The notes beneath the pieces are model-generated. The model had not been told where the DNA came from, ran no database searches, and was given only the letters and a program-made list of their open reading frames with translations. DNA of 64,000 nt. Origin: Octopus vulgaris. Taxonomy: Eukaryota. This document shows positions 11,386 to 25,574 of this stretch, piece after piece; position 1 is the stretch's first letter, and the number at the start of each line of letters is the position of its first letter. A program made the translations under genes and the position numbers. The stretch covers positions 38,936,001-39,000,000 of the forward strand of contig OX597830.1 of NCBI GenBank assembly GCA_951406725.2, in the 5' to 3' direction.

Positions 11386-13330
11386 CACGCGGGAACCATG
11401 TTCTCTCATTTACAGTTGCATGGGGTTTTTTCAACTGATTCTAAGTAGTTTTTCAACGCTGATTTAAAATTTTAAATCGGTTTTTGCCTGCATGCTTTAG
11501 ATTTTATACTAGTTGAAATTTATGTATTTTTTCGATACTGGTACATTTGAGGGATTTGGAATAAATTTTCTTTTGTTCAGTCAGTTCTGTCAAGTAGACA
11601 TAATTGCATAAATAGTTCTAATGCCTTTTTGTTACGTGGTTACTACACACTTCTTCGTCAAAGGTGTAATATGAAAAAGTTTGTGAGATGTGACTAAAAG
11701 GCCCGTTTTGACGTTCACCTTCGTGATCAAGGCACCAATCAGGTCTCCACAGTGTGTCAAAATTGCGAGGAATGTCTCCGTAACTGAGCACAAGGAAAAC
11801 CTAAGTGTCTACCTCTTAGAGTTTCTATGATTTTGTGAGTGCTAGAGAACCACACGGCTGACTGCTATTTTTGCTTTGTTAACATTAAATATATTAAGAA
11901 AAAGCTGACGTATGATCTCCTGTCCAAGTATTCCATGTACAATTCGACCTACGGCTTTTAGTAGGTAAGCTTCCCCGCCAATGAAAGCAGTAAAATATGT
12001 CAAGAGTTTGAAGAAATGGTCTCAAATTCCGGAGATTCTTTATCTAATGCCAAACATCCATCATCTCGTCATCGTTTAAATCAGGCGGAACTGAATAACT
12101 TGGCGCGTGAATAGGCATTCTCCAAGAAAGCAGCGAAGTTATTAGCCTCTTGATAGCTCTGCAAAAATCATGTTTCAGAACGCGGGGGCAGATTTTAATG
12201 AACTTTTGTTTAAAAGTCAAGCAATTTTTCTTTGCTGCAATGATATCCCAGACCTTCTCAAACAGTTACAAGTTGCTTAGTATAACTCTACAGGATGGAG
12301 ATTGTTTGGGGTTTAGTTATAAGCGCAGCATCAAGTGTGTTATCATCCGTACTGGCCCTCTTGTTGGTACAGTCCCAGTTGGTCACTTGATACGTTTGTG
12401 AGAAACCTATGAGAACATCAAAAGTGGTCATTATCTTACTCAAATGCCACGAGCACACCCGGAGCGTTTGTGTGGACATGAAAATGGTCAATTTGCTCCT
12501 CAGCCACAAGTGAAGTTTCTTTACATTTCCAAGCTATCTCTGCGTGTGCCACAGTCGAGCCCTAGACAAACACTGGGCCCAGAAGGAATAAACAATCTCT
12601 GAAAAGCAAGCATGCCAAAGATTGTGAATAACCCGATCGTCAACCGAGAGATGAACCCAGTGATCAACCGAAGGCACTGAGAACTGAGAGTGAATGTTTT
12701 CAGCTCATACTCTCTGCTTTTCCTGCTTTGACTGTCGCGAAAATTAAGGCAGGCGTGTTTAATGTACTTCAAATTCGTACCCTTGTACGTGATGAGGAAT
12801 TTATTAGAAGCAATACTGAGAAGGGGGAATGATGCTTCCAACAAGACCTCATGACGACAGAAGAGCATTATCAAGGACTTTGGAGCAGACATATGATAGC
12901 AGAATACTGCTGGAATATCGAATGTGATGACACTGACAAAATCTACAAACGCAAGTGCTGAAATCGGAATTGTTTTTTTTACCAGAATAGGAACGATTTG
13001 AACATTTTAATTTCATTTGTCCTTCCTTGACTTTATTTTAAACTTAATACCGGCTGTAATGAATTTAACGTTTATATAAATAAATAAGTTTTATTTTTTT
13101 TTAACTTGACGATTGTTTCAATGCCCTATTTAAGATAGTATGAATATAAATTCCTTATACACAAAATAGATTTATGTAAAGGTGTCGCAATTTCGCATAG
13201 AAGTATAAATTTGAATTGCAAAAATTTGTAGCTTATGAAGGAAATGTAATATCAGATTTGAATTCAGCACGCCCAAATTGCGTAGAAAAAAGTGCCAGCG
13301 TCGATGCAACAATTTTTTTATTCCACGTTG
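11386..13330 (+). mobile_element. Decayed Chapaev3-like (CMC superfamily) DNA transposon with imperfect TIRs
   Basis: Motifs in order: ENHTADCYFC, NQAELNNLARE*AFSKKAAKLLAS, VPVGH, ETYENIK, DMKMVNLL, KIKAGVF..QIRTLVRDEEF, FQQDL...HYQGLW...MIAEYCW; termini CAC.../...TTG with matching gttgcat and gctga.tt.aaat blocks. Family assignment is from memory of these motifs. Confidence 0.75.
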
Positions 13331-13850
13331 TTATCATTAAGAATTCTACCCATTCCATTATGTCGACTTAAGTAATGTCAACTTTGGTTTGACTTGATTT
13401 GATATCTAAATACAAGAGGAACCTAACTAAACGCACCAAATTTTACGCTCGGCAATCTTTCTATTCAGCAATCGTTCCACGTCGCCAACAACAATACCAG
13501 AAACACAAGTCCTGCAAGCACCACAGAAAGCACCACCACCTTCAAAACCTTCCGTATTTTAAGTAGCAGAGTTTAACTGTTCAACAAAAGATTGATTTTT
13601 TCAGACGCGTACGGAGTGGGATAAACGAGTTGTATAAATACATAAGTAGCATAGACCGCGTCGTGTTAATTCTTTTTAATCACACAAATGGTTATACGAA
13701 ATAAACTGGTGAAGTATCACAAAGCAAGAGAATGAAAACTTTATATAAATGCATAAGTTATGTATTCAGAGAAAGTGCAGCTATCCCGCCTTTTCTTACG
13801 GTCCCACTCACCACTTAAACATTCTGGTTTATATATATATATATATATAT

Positions 13851-13969
13851 CACCGTGATCACCGTGACCGACCAGGCTATCAGATGTTGCTACACATCGC
13901 TGGTCACAATGCGAAGCGCATTGTTTTAGCCTTCAAATGGCGCCACCCTGCTGGCTAAGCGAGCAGGCC

Positions 13970-13970
<1 letters not shown>
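13851..13970. mobile_element. Short interspersed repeat fragment within (TA)n
   Basis: GC-richer ~120-bp island bounded by (TA)n on both sides; family not identified. Confidence 0.45.
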
Positions 13971-14006
<36 letters not shown>

Positions 14007-17000
14007 CTATATACATACATACATATATACATACATGCATATATATATAAATATATATATATATTTGCATGTATGTATGCATTTTTGCTCACACACAGGT
14101 ACCTGTGCGCGCGCGCATAATTTTAAGCATCGACTGATAACAGCTTATCTCTACGTACCTCTTAACATTCTCCATATATTGCTTAATGGTGGCAATTCCC
14201 TTGAAGCAGGGCCCATTTTCTATGAGCCGTTCTTGCATAAGGTGTTGTTATGTGAATTATTTCTGTGAGCCTTGCAATTAAGAATCCAGATTTACTTTAA
14301 AAATCACTCAAGTGCAAAAAGAAATAATATGGTGTTGAGTACTATGTGATGTATACGAGGTGTAGATTTCGAATCTAAAGTATTTATTCCTTATTGCTAT
14401 CCACTACTACTTTATAGTTAGAGTAAGAAAACATCTTATTTTGCATATCGCCTTCATCTTAAAGTACATTCTGTTCGATAATGTTACTGTCATATACTGA
14501 TATTTTCGATCTCCAATAGTTTAATATACATCATGACATACAGCTTTAATTTTGTGAGTCTGATAATTCAATATTCTTATGTTTTCTTTGGAAAGAAGTC
14601 AGGGAATAGAGTATAAAGGGTTGTGTTATCAAAATAGATGTATATTTGCATTTTATTCAGAGAAATGTTTGAAAACATTCAGTTAAAAGTACAAGTATGG
14701 AGGTAGTTTGAGATTTGGAACTATGTGATATTGAATATTTTGGTTTCTTAAATCAAAATAAGGTCACAGAATAATAGGGCAGATTGTATTGCATTTCTTT
14801 TACAAATTTATATTCAGATGTAAGTTAAATATTTAAAAAAAATATTCTGTGAATGTCGCATTAATATAGATACTATAGAATATTAAAATATATGTCTGAA
14901 ACTCTATGATATTTTGATTTGTTCTATTTCTGACATCAATACAACTTTACAAAAGCGAAGCATGCTTTCTGATCATTCTACACGAATATGCTGTTGTCTT
15001 ATTTCACTTGGCTTAGATAGTTCGAACTGGAAAGGTGATGTGAGCTTCACGTGGACACACTGTCTGTCTTGCAAGATAAAGAAATACACTAAAACATCAG
15101 AAATGTATCATACAAGCTGTAACAACTTAGGTTTGTGACTGGAATTATCAATAGTATTTTCATGATACGTGTTGTAACATACACTTGATATTTTGTCGAA
15201 ATATCAGATATCCGTGATGAGCTAAGGAGTAAAAATGCAACAACTCTGAGAAAATGTTCATGCAGGAGATATTACTTTTGTTTTTGTACCCCTCAATGTA
15301 TCTTAAAATGGGGAAAAAGAACTACAGTATCTACTACACTACCCTACTATTTTCTGGAAGTATGAAATAATCAATGTTCATTAGTCCCAGTTTCTACAGG
15401 TGTGTTTGCAATAACTTTCTCATATAATTTCTTAATTCTTTAAGAATTCATAAATTAGGATTGTCTTCACAATATTTCTTAGGAAACATAGATTTTGCCG
15501 ATTTAAAAATGTGTTTTCTGAAAGTGTATTAAACTTGTGTTTCTCATCGAATTTATCAGGCTTTTTGTTGAGTCCATGTTAAAAAGGCATAACCTATTTA
15601 TTACAATGACATTTCATTTGGTGTTATTTCATATAAAGCTAGAAATACGGGGGCTATTCTTAACGAAATCTGTCAATGTCAGAAATTAGGTTGTACCCAC
15701 AAGTAGAGATAAACTCTGTAATTCTTACTAACAACATATTCAATAATGTTATTGATTTTATTTTGCATTATATTGCCTTATCGTGTATATATTCATCTGG
15801 TGGACCACACGATTATGATCTGAGAAACTTTGCTATTTTCATTGAGCTTTGCTATGACTGGATACAAGCCTAATCCGCTGACGTGTTATGCAATCCTCTA
15901 TCGTCTCTGGCAGTCAAGTCTGTGTAAGTCATGTTTGTGTTATAACCGGGTTGATGTCCTAAAGCATTTCCAATCGGATAAACGTTATTAGATTCTTATC
16001 GAAAGAAAACACAATTCCTTAACACACACGCTTCGTGACACTTGTAGAATTCAGAGTGCTTGGAGCGATAGTCAGATGGTGATGTCGCAAGAATCAATAT
16101 GTCAATGACTCTTCTAGCTAATGAAAGTAACGCTAAAGCTCAAAGAATATAATGATATTTCAGAGCGAGGAAATACTTCAGACCTAAAAAGTTAATTGCC
16201 ATTTGCAAAGAGAGCAGGGTCAATATTACAATGCAGCACGGATATATCAAGGACTAGAGAATATAGACTAATAAATACTTTAGCTTTCATTTTTAATTAG
16301 ATAATTATTAACAAAATGTCACATATCAACATGTTACTGCTAGTAACCCAATTACACGCGTCTTCTTTCGCTGTCTCTATACGAGGATTATTTGACGACA
16401 CGTAATTAGCAAGATATAATAAAACACCTCCAAGGTCCACTCGACAGCAGTCATAATAAGGTGATTGCAACTGTTATTCACTCAATCAAAAACGGGGAAC
16501 AAAACACTTAGGTCAATTCTTTAATACTTTATCTCTTATACACACCAACCCACTTTCTTCTCATCAGTAATTCATGCTGAAGTTCAACAACAACGATGTC
16601 AACCCGGCTGAACAATAAATAATAAGAGGATAGAAACAGCTCGAACTAAATAATATTGTTAAAAAGCAGTGTAGCGTTCACGGCGAATACACTTACGTCT
16701 CATTAGTAGAGTGCATTTATATGTAAATAAGTTTTCAAATCACGATTGCACTGTATAATTAGCCAGAACTTCGTTAACTTCCAGAGCTGCATTCATGTCA
16801 TATATATAAGTTTACTCCATAATAATGACTCTCACAGTTCGGTTATTTATTTTTTCACTAATTGCATCTCAACGTCAGCGGCATGAACGTGACGTGAATG
16901 AATAAACACGTAATATAATTAACATACACAAAAAAAAAATATGTAAAAAAATGATTTCACTATTTAGCAACATTTATATTTTTCTCAAGTTACATTTGTG

Positions 17001-17236
17001 ATATACACAGCTTTTAAATTATAGACTTGAATCTGAGCAAATATAGAAATAATTTTCGCTTGAATTATTTTGTTAGATTTATGAGGGTATTATATAAGTT
17101 TAAACATCGTGTTCAATCTCTGGAAACTATTGAAATATACAACTACGTATATATGTAACTTATTTGAAAATTTCGACCCACTGAAAATACTATAAGATAT
17201 CCAGTGAGTTCAGTTGTCAACATATAGAATTAACCT

Positions 17237-17450
17237 AAGGCGGCGAGTTGGCCGCGTCGTTAGCCCGCCAGGCAAACTGCTTAGCTGCATTTCGTCCGTC
17301 GTTAGGTTCTGATGTTAAAATTCTGCCCAGGTCGATTTTAGTTCTCGTCCGTTCGGGGTCGATAAAATAAGTACAATTTGAACATTAGGGTCGTTGTAAT
17401 TGTCTTGCAATTTTCCAAAATCGCTGGTTACGTGCTAAAATTTGAAACCA
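17237..17450 (+). mobile_element. Family A SINE (diverged)
   Basis: aaggcggcgagttggc head and ttcggggtcgataaaataagtac core. Confidence 0.8.
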
Positions 17451-17559
17451 TTATTATTATTTTATAATATAAGTACAAGGTTATATATTTTGCTGGAAGG
17501 TATTTTAGCTCTAGTAACTCTCACTGCTTGCGTATTCTGACGACACACAAAGCAAATCA

Positions 17560-18760
17560 GATAGATGATATGCTTTCACTCGAGACAGTAGTGATATAAC
17601 TATGTAACGCAATGCATATAGTCCAGAAATCTTGTCTTCGTTATAAGATGACGTCCCGGAGAACCGCGAGGTGTACATCTGAATTAGGACTGCTTTCGTT
17701 GTTTTATTGATGTTGGAAATGTCGCTCTCGACTGCAGTAACAGAACCTTATTTTTTCTGTTGTTGCTATTGTAGGGGCTTTGGTTAATTTCTCGGTCGCT
17801 GGCACTGGAAACTTTGTCATTTTGCGTGCCCGTCATTGTTGATATTGTTGCTCTTTGATAAGTTTCGGTTGTTATTGATGTGGTGACGGTGGTAGTGGTG
17901 ACGGTGGTGGTGGAAATAATAGGGGTGGAGGCGACGGTGGTGGAGGCGACGGTAGTGGTGGCGTGGTAGCTTGTTTTGGCAGTTGTTATGGTTATGGTGA
18001 CAACGGTGATGGTAGCGCGAATATTGGTGGGGTAGATACTATTTCTTCAGTCGTAATTTTACAAACTTAGAAGTTTTATCGGTGACTGACGATTGAGAAA
18101 TGTCATCTTTATTGATAGTGATAAACATTTCCTCGTTTCTAGGGTCACCTGCTTTTGTTTCCGTATTTAAGCAATTCAGTCGCCATATTTGTTGTTCAAT
18201 CATATTTCGCCTGTTTTAAGTAGCTGTTGAGAATTCCTAAACTGTGTATGTTTCGCCTGTTTAAAGTAGCTGTTGAAAATTCCTAAACTGTGTATGTTTA
18301 TGATCTATACAAGTAGATTTACTTGACAGTTTCTACAAAAGATTTGACATTTATAGAACTGGTGCTCCCGCCACCTTACGCGGTGACAGACGTAGTGGTA
18401 TGGTAATATTTTAAGAATGAGCAGCATCAGTATTGGCGATGCTCTTGTTCCTCAGCGTACTACAGTTGAGTTATCATTGTTAGTAATGTTGTTGGTAGTA
18501 GTAGATAGTTTATTGCTGTTGTCTTTGATTGACATGTTGTTTTTGGCGTTTTTAGTGGTATTTCCTCTCGACACGCTGCTATGGGGTAAATGTTCAGAGT
18601 TCGGAATCTCAGAGAAGAGATTTTGTTCGTGAGTCAAAATGTCATTTACACTTAGGTTCTATTTTCAACGTCACAAAATCACCTCCGCTACCATTTTCCC
18701 CTATTCAGCTGGTTAGCTGTCGAAAAATAATTCTCTAAATATTTTTCACGAAGAGATAAG
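17560..18760 (-). mobile_element. Decayed ORF1-like region of a non-LTR retrotransposon
   Basis: T/N-rich N-terminus (ORF 18452-18637), KSFVETVK segment and Pro/Thr-rich tract; layout parallels the ORF1-like part at 46150-46711; many stops; ~46-bp internal tandem duplication at 18206-18298. Confidence 0.4.
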
Positions 18761-20058
18761 AAATATAGAACCATAGAACCATAGCTGGTTTAGATTGTGG
18801 TTAACATAGCAAATCATAGCCAGCTTAGTTTGTGGTTAACAAAGACATATCTAAGTATACATATAAAAAGTTTTTAAAAAATATTAACATATATAGAGTA
18901 TGTGTTGGCAGTAGAGAGGAGGAGGAGGAGGGGGAGGAGGACGGGAAGTATTGTTATTGCTGCCGAGGGCCCGAGTATACAACGCAAAATATGACTCTTA
19001 AAAATGGTTTTCTGACAATAAGGTTATTTAAATATTTTATTAAAGTTGGATGCGATAAAAAGAAAGTATATCAAGACAAGTTAAATCCTTGGAGCAAAAA
19101 TGGGAAAAATGGCAAATATGGGAAAACCACGCGTATAGAAATGATAAACTTTTCCCTACATAGAATCGAATTTCCCCCTGACATTCACCAAATCTCATTG
19201 CAATCACTGTCTACAAATTGTTTTCTCCGGTTTGATCTATCAGCATTTTTGGCTTGGGGGAAAACTTTGATATCACTCACGCAGTTTGTCTTCAGTTATT
19301 GAGTGACATATGGCGTGACTATTACAAATTTATTCTATTATTTAAAAATCTATTTCGTGCTTTCAAGAAGCAATACAAAATTCTCGTCGGAATTTTGAAC
19401 TCAGGACTTAAAGACGGTCGAAATGTTTGCTCAGCATTTTGTCTGGCGTACTATCGATTCAGCTAGCTCGCTGTCTTTCACAATAATAATGATAACAATG
19501 ATGGCGGGGAGGAGGAGGAGGAGGAGGAGGAGGGGAAAGAGGAGGTATAAGACGAAGGAGGTGGAGGAGGAGGAGGTTAATAATACTTCATTGGCCTTAA
19601 GGGTTGCAACACATATATTGGACTATACATAGAAAAAGGACAATGACGATTTACATTGATGCAGTTGATAATTGAAAACAGTAAAAAACACTAAAAAAAT
19701 TATTAAATAATTATAATGACAGCAAATTCCCCAACAAGGCGGTAACACCAACCAAGGTGACAAATGAATCTACCTTCTCTTTGTTAACGGTCCTTTTTTC
19801 TTACAGGGCATATCCTTTCATTTCACACTGCCGCAGTCTACGCAACTGTAAATGGGTACGCCAGTGGCACAGTATTGTCTCCCTTAGAGGTAACGTTATC
19901 CTGCCGGCCAAGCAACGTGGGATAATTTGAAATCTACAAAAATACAAGGAAAAGCTTTGTTACCAGGGGTATATAGGTATATACGATGATCTGGTTGTTG
20001 TAATTATATATACATATATTATATGCATATCTATAAGTGGTGTATGTACGTTGCCATG

Positions 20059-20093
<35 letters not shown>

Positions 20094-20102
20094 ATATATA
20101 TA

Positions 20103-20196
<94 letters not shown>

Positions 20197-20433
20197 AAAT
20201 GTATGAGATCTTTGATACAGTTTGGTACATTTGAAAGAAAAGACGAATGACTTCACTGGTAATTCTAATAAGTTTAATTTTTATTGAAAAACTGTTTAAA
20301 TACTAAATACAACTGATTAGAATTACCTGCGAAGTCTTTTTTCAAACACAAACACATGTATATATATGTATATATACATATATATATACATATATATACA
20401 TACATATATATACATATATATACATATATATAC

Positions 20434-20487
<54 letters not shown>

Positions 20488-20971
20488 GTGTGTGTGTGTG
20501 TGTATGTGTGTGTGTGTGTGTGTGTTCGCATTTGTGACAGAAGAGTCATGTTATTTGTTGCAAGGTAACTGCATGTCCAAAAGGACATTCCAGTTAAAAT
20601 TTTGTATGCAACCTCAATTCTTCAAGAACGTGATCCGTGTACAATATGAAAGAAAACTAAATTGAGAAGAATAACGTATTTAGCCTCTGACATAAGGAAC
20701 ACTGTAACGGTATTGAATGTATATATATCATTATCTTATTCAAGAATACGTCGGATATACTATATGCTAATCACTACTACGGTGAACTTACACGATACAT
20801 TCTCATTCCCTTTGTGTGTGTATATTTAGACAGAGAGAGACATACACACACATATATATTATAAATGCATATAAATGCATATACGTATGTATATACATAT
20901 ATATATATATGTATATATGTATATATATTTATACATACATATGTACGTATATATGTATATATGAATAAAAT

Positions 20972-21029
<58 letters not shown>

Positions 21030-21254
21030 GTGTGTGTGCATTGACTGATACCAAAACTGGTGTACTCTCTATACAACTGATCTACAATTCCCCCATTCCC
21101 ATTAATTTTTAATGTTTCATTAACATGTTCAGTAACCACATGTTTGCTAAAACACCAATGTAGGCCGCTAATTATGTTTCTTTAGGAAATTATTCGACCC
21201 GTACTTGTACATACAGTAACACATGAATATGTATGTACTTGTGTATCTATATGT

Positions 21255-21631
21255 ATTCTTTATTCTTTTACTTGTTTCAGTAAATTGATTGCGCCCATAC
21301 TGTAGCACCAACTGTTTTAGTCGAGCAAATCGACCCAGCATTTATTCTTTGTGAGCCTAGTACTTATTCTATCAGACACTTTTTGCCGAACCGCTAAGTT
21401 ACGGGCACGTAAACACACCAGCATAGGATGTCAAGCGATGTTGGTGGGGGCAAACACAAACACAATCGCACATTTACATACATATATACGACCGGCCTCT
21501 TGTAGTTTCCGTCTACCAAATCCACTTACAAGGCGTTGGTCGGCCCGAAGCTTGCTCAAGGTACCATGCAATGGGACTGAGCCCGGAACCATGTGGTTGG
21601 TATGCAAGCTACTTACCACATAGCCACTCCT
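21255..21631 (-). mobile_element. tRNA-derived SINE (family C)
   Basis: Minus-strand head ggagtggctatgtggtaagtagcttgc...ggttccgggctcagtccc, core ggtagacggaaact, tail ending aataaagaata. Confidence 0.85.
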
Positions 21632-21825
21632 ATGTCAAATGTATTCAATTGTACGTGTATACGTTTTAAACTATTTAATGCTATCTCTGTTTACAATGAG
21701 CAAATGCGTTTAATACGCTGTTGGAGTTTTAGTCATAATACTTTTTACAGAAATAACTGACTCGACGAACACTGCTGTGAGATATTGGTGGAGCTGCTTA
21801 ATAGCTCCTATTTCGCAGACGTTAT

Positions 21826-22490
21826 AAGGTGGCGATCTGGCAGAACCTTCTGCAAGCCGCGCAATTTCTGCTTTTTTTTAAATTTTTTAGCGGCATTCCT
21901 TCCGTCACTGCGGTCTAAGTTCAAGCCATTTGAACACAGAAATCGATGTAATCGACTTACCCACATCTTTGAACTCGTGCCAGGATTTGAAATTATATAT
22001 TATCCTTCTATTTTTAAGGGTGGGAAAGTTGTCTAAATCGTTCAAACGCAGGTCAATGCTGCATTTTTTTCATTTTCTACATTCTGAGTTCAAATTCCGC
22101 TGATGTCAACTTTACCTTTCATCCTTTCGCAGTCGATAAAAGAAGCACCAGTTGAATACTGGGGTCGAAGTAATGGACTTAAGCCCTCCCCTCCCTCGAA
22201 ATTGTTGAGCTTCTGTCAAAATTCGAAACCAATATTATGCTTATATTTTTAAATAAAATCCTTCAACTAATAATTCTTTCAACTTCTGGCCCAAGGCTAG
22301 CAATTGTGTGGGTAATATAAGTTGGTTACCTTAATCTCAAGGGTCAATCGGTACTTATTTTATTGTCCACGAAAGGGACAAAAGACAAAATGGAGCTTGG
22401 CGGAATTTGAACTCAGTATCTAAAAATGGATGAAATACCGCTAAACATTTTGAACGTGGTGTTAATAGTTCTGCCAGCCAGGCCGCTTTA
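21826..22490. mobile_element. Degraded family A SINE copies (two +, one -)
   Basis: ggtggcgatctggcagaa head and ttctgagttcaaattccgc core; reverse copy at 22290-22490. Confidence 0.65.
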
Positions 22491-23599
22491 ATCCTTCTGT
22501 TAATAAAGATATAACTGAATCATCAGAGCATTTACCAATGCAAGTTATGCTTTGAATATCGAAGTCTGTTGGTCGCTGCCTGCTTAACAACAGAATTCAC
22601 CACGGTCGAATGATATTGTCAAGGAATATCGCATGTATAGTATTTATTGATATATTCCTGACAGTCTATATTATAGAGCATCATATTTTGGGATGAATTG
22701 TCAATGGCTACTAAAAACCTTGCCGTATAGCTTTACATCTCTTTGTGATCTAAGCTAGCCACTCCTCGAACCACTGGATATCAGTGTTTATATAACTTCT
22801 GTATATACGACTGATATGATTTAACTGGTCTACATGAAGAATGGGTTGAAAAATCTATAGACTAAAAGTGCAAATATATATCTCCGGTTTCTTTTCTAAA
22901 TAGCTGATAAACAATAAAAACAGTATTGAAAACACTGTAGGGAAATGCATTTTGAGGCAGAAATTGTTAACGCGCCATTAATTTACTATATCGCCAAGGA
23001 TCGAAGCAAAAAATTTTTTATTCCTCTCTTCTTTTCTTCAATCCATTCTTCTTAAAGAGAGTTTTATGAAATCAGGGGTTTGTTTTGTTTTGATTGTAAT
23101 ATGCAATGATAATCATGTAAAGACGCTCATCTCAATACAAAAGCTATACATTATCATCTTAAACTAGGCATAAATTACAGAGAATTCAAGACTCCACAGC
23201 AGATGACTTTTACACTTAACCCTGATGAGTCGAATTCGGTACGTATCATCACAACGACACCTTATGTATCATTAGTTTCATATATTATCGCACAATATAA
23301 CAATCACGATTCAAGGGATCGAATTCATATATAATTAAAATTGATGTAATTAAAAACTTGCTCATTTCATGCTTCTTATTTATAAATACTTATATATGCT
23401 TGTATGTATGCATATGTGTGTATATATAAATGAATGAATAATACATGTACACCGAGTTAAAGCTCAGTTACATCAAATTTAATTCGCAAGTTGTTACCGC
23501 CCAAACGTTTATGCTAATCGATTGGAATCAACATAGATCCATGTAGTTTCGAAGCTTACTTCTTCAAAACAATGATAATTTTATGCTCTGAACGTATTG

Positions 23600-24230
23600 C
23601 GGCAATCTCCGGTGATCACCGGTAATTTACGGTATTTTCCTGCAATTTCCTGCAATTTCCGGATATCTCCGATAATTTCCGGTAATCTCCGGCTAATACC
23701 GGATATCTTCTGCAATTTTCGGTAATGTCCGGCGATTTCCGGTAATTTCCGGCAATCTCCGGTGATTTCCGGCGATTTCCGGCGATTTCCGGCGATTTTC
23801 GGCAATCTCTGGCAATCTTTTTTTGAAATATTTTATGAAAATTTTTCCCAAAAATTTTTGAAAATTCTTTCGAAAATTTTCCCAAAACTTTTTGTAAATT
23901 TTCCTCAAGATAATTTGAAAATTTTCCCCCAAAATTTTTGAAAACTCCTGGTATATCCGGCAAACTCCGGTAATCTCCGGCAATTTCCGGCAATCTTCAG
24001 CAATTTCCGGCAATCTCCGGTAATTTCCGGCAATTTCCGACAATCTTCGGCAATTACCAGCAATCTCCGGCAATTTCCGACAATCTCCAGCAATTTCCGG
24101 TAATTTCCGGCAAAGTCCAGCAATTTCCTGATATAACCGGCAATTTCCGGCAATCTCCGGCAATCTCTCTTTTTAAAGTTTTTGAAAATTTTACCCAAAA
24201 CTTATTCCAAATTTACCCCAAAACACTTTT
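23600..24230 (-). repeat. Composite minisatellite arm (10-bp ccggaaattg/ccggagattg units plus GAAAATTTTC blocks)
   Basis: Directly visible; inverted homologue of 25575-25820 and 26905-27390. Confidence 0.9.
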
Positions 24231-25574
24231 TATTATATTCTATAAATTCAACCACGCGCTTTCACACAGTAACTTTCTCACCTATATATATATATATATA
24301 TTTAAATGCATACAGTTGCCAATATTTGGGAAAAAAGTGGTAATCCATTTTAAGAGATGTAACATGAGTAAAGACAGCCTAACAGTATTTCATAAACAAT
24401 CATCATCAACTTTTTAAAAGTGATTTTAGTAATTTGGAATTACGTGTTGTCATGCAGCAGAAATATTTTGTTTTTTTCACTTATCTTGGCAGTTTTGACT
24501 TCACTTTATTATGTATACAGCCAGTCTCTCAAACTATTATGTTTGTTTAACAAACACCCAACCATCCGCCCACCACACACACATACATAATTACATGCAA
24601 GCATGAAAACATCTTTAAATACATACATTATATACTCATATATGTGTTTTTGCACGTGAGTGCATAATATATTTGTATGTATGAGTGTGTATATATATAT
24701 ATATATATATATACATATATAGTATATATGTAGAAATACAGTGGATTATTCCTCTTGCAAACCACATAAATTTACCATATTATATTTGATGGAAGGAGGC
24801 AGTGGTCGATTTGGGAAATGTTTTGGAAACTAGTCTGCATCTAACGCATGCCAAGACCATTTATTAATGTCGAAAAAATATCAATTTTTAATCGTAAGTA
24901 AAGAAATGGTGCAACATACTTCAACTTTGCTGCAGATCAGCACTGCTTGATATTCCGCTAGACATCACCAATTCTGGCTTTTATTGAAACTGAACTTCTG
25001 TATTTTTTCGATAGCACAAAATTAGCTGGAACCAGTCATAGAATTATTCTCAAATCTGTTACGTGTTGTGGAAAAGTTGTTCGAGATATTCTTTGCACTA
25101 GGGTTCTTCATAGGCCTTTAGAAATTAATACACTTTGTATTGTCTCATGTCTCATTCAGACAATTCTTGAGAGAAAAGCATTTTTGAAAACACCACTGCA
25201 CCGTTCATACGGTTCATGTGGTTTTCTGCAAATACTATTTCAATATTTTTTATGGTTTTATTGCTTAAGATTTATCGTGCCCTAATAAGAGCCTGATGGG
25301 TACAAACATGATATGGAAAGTAAAACTAAAGCCAACTAAGAATTAAATCACAAGTCACTTAGCCCAAAAGATCTAATGATTACTTTGGGATGGTTCATAT
25401 CGATAAACCCTATGCCACATGGTAGACCTCAAAGTGATAAAGCTTTATAGTTTCAGAAAAGTAGAACCTCCGTTGGATTTTCTAAGTAGGTTTTCAAAAG
25501 AATTACAGTGTACAATTTAAGAACATCGTCATGACGAATTGCTAGGACGTTCAAGTATTTTCAAATATATAAAG

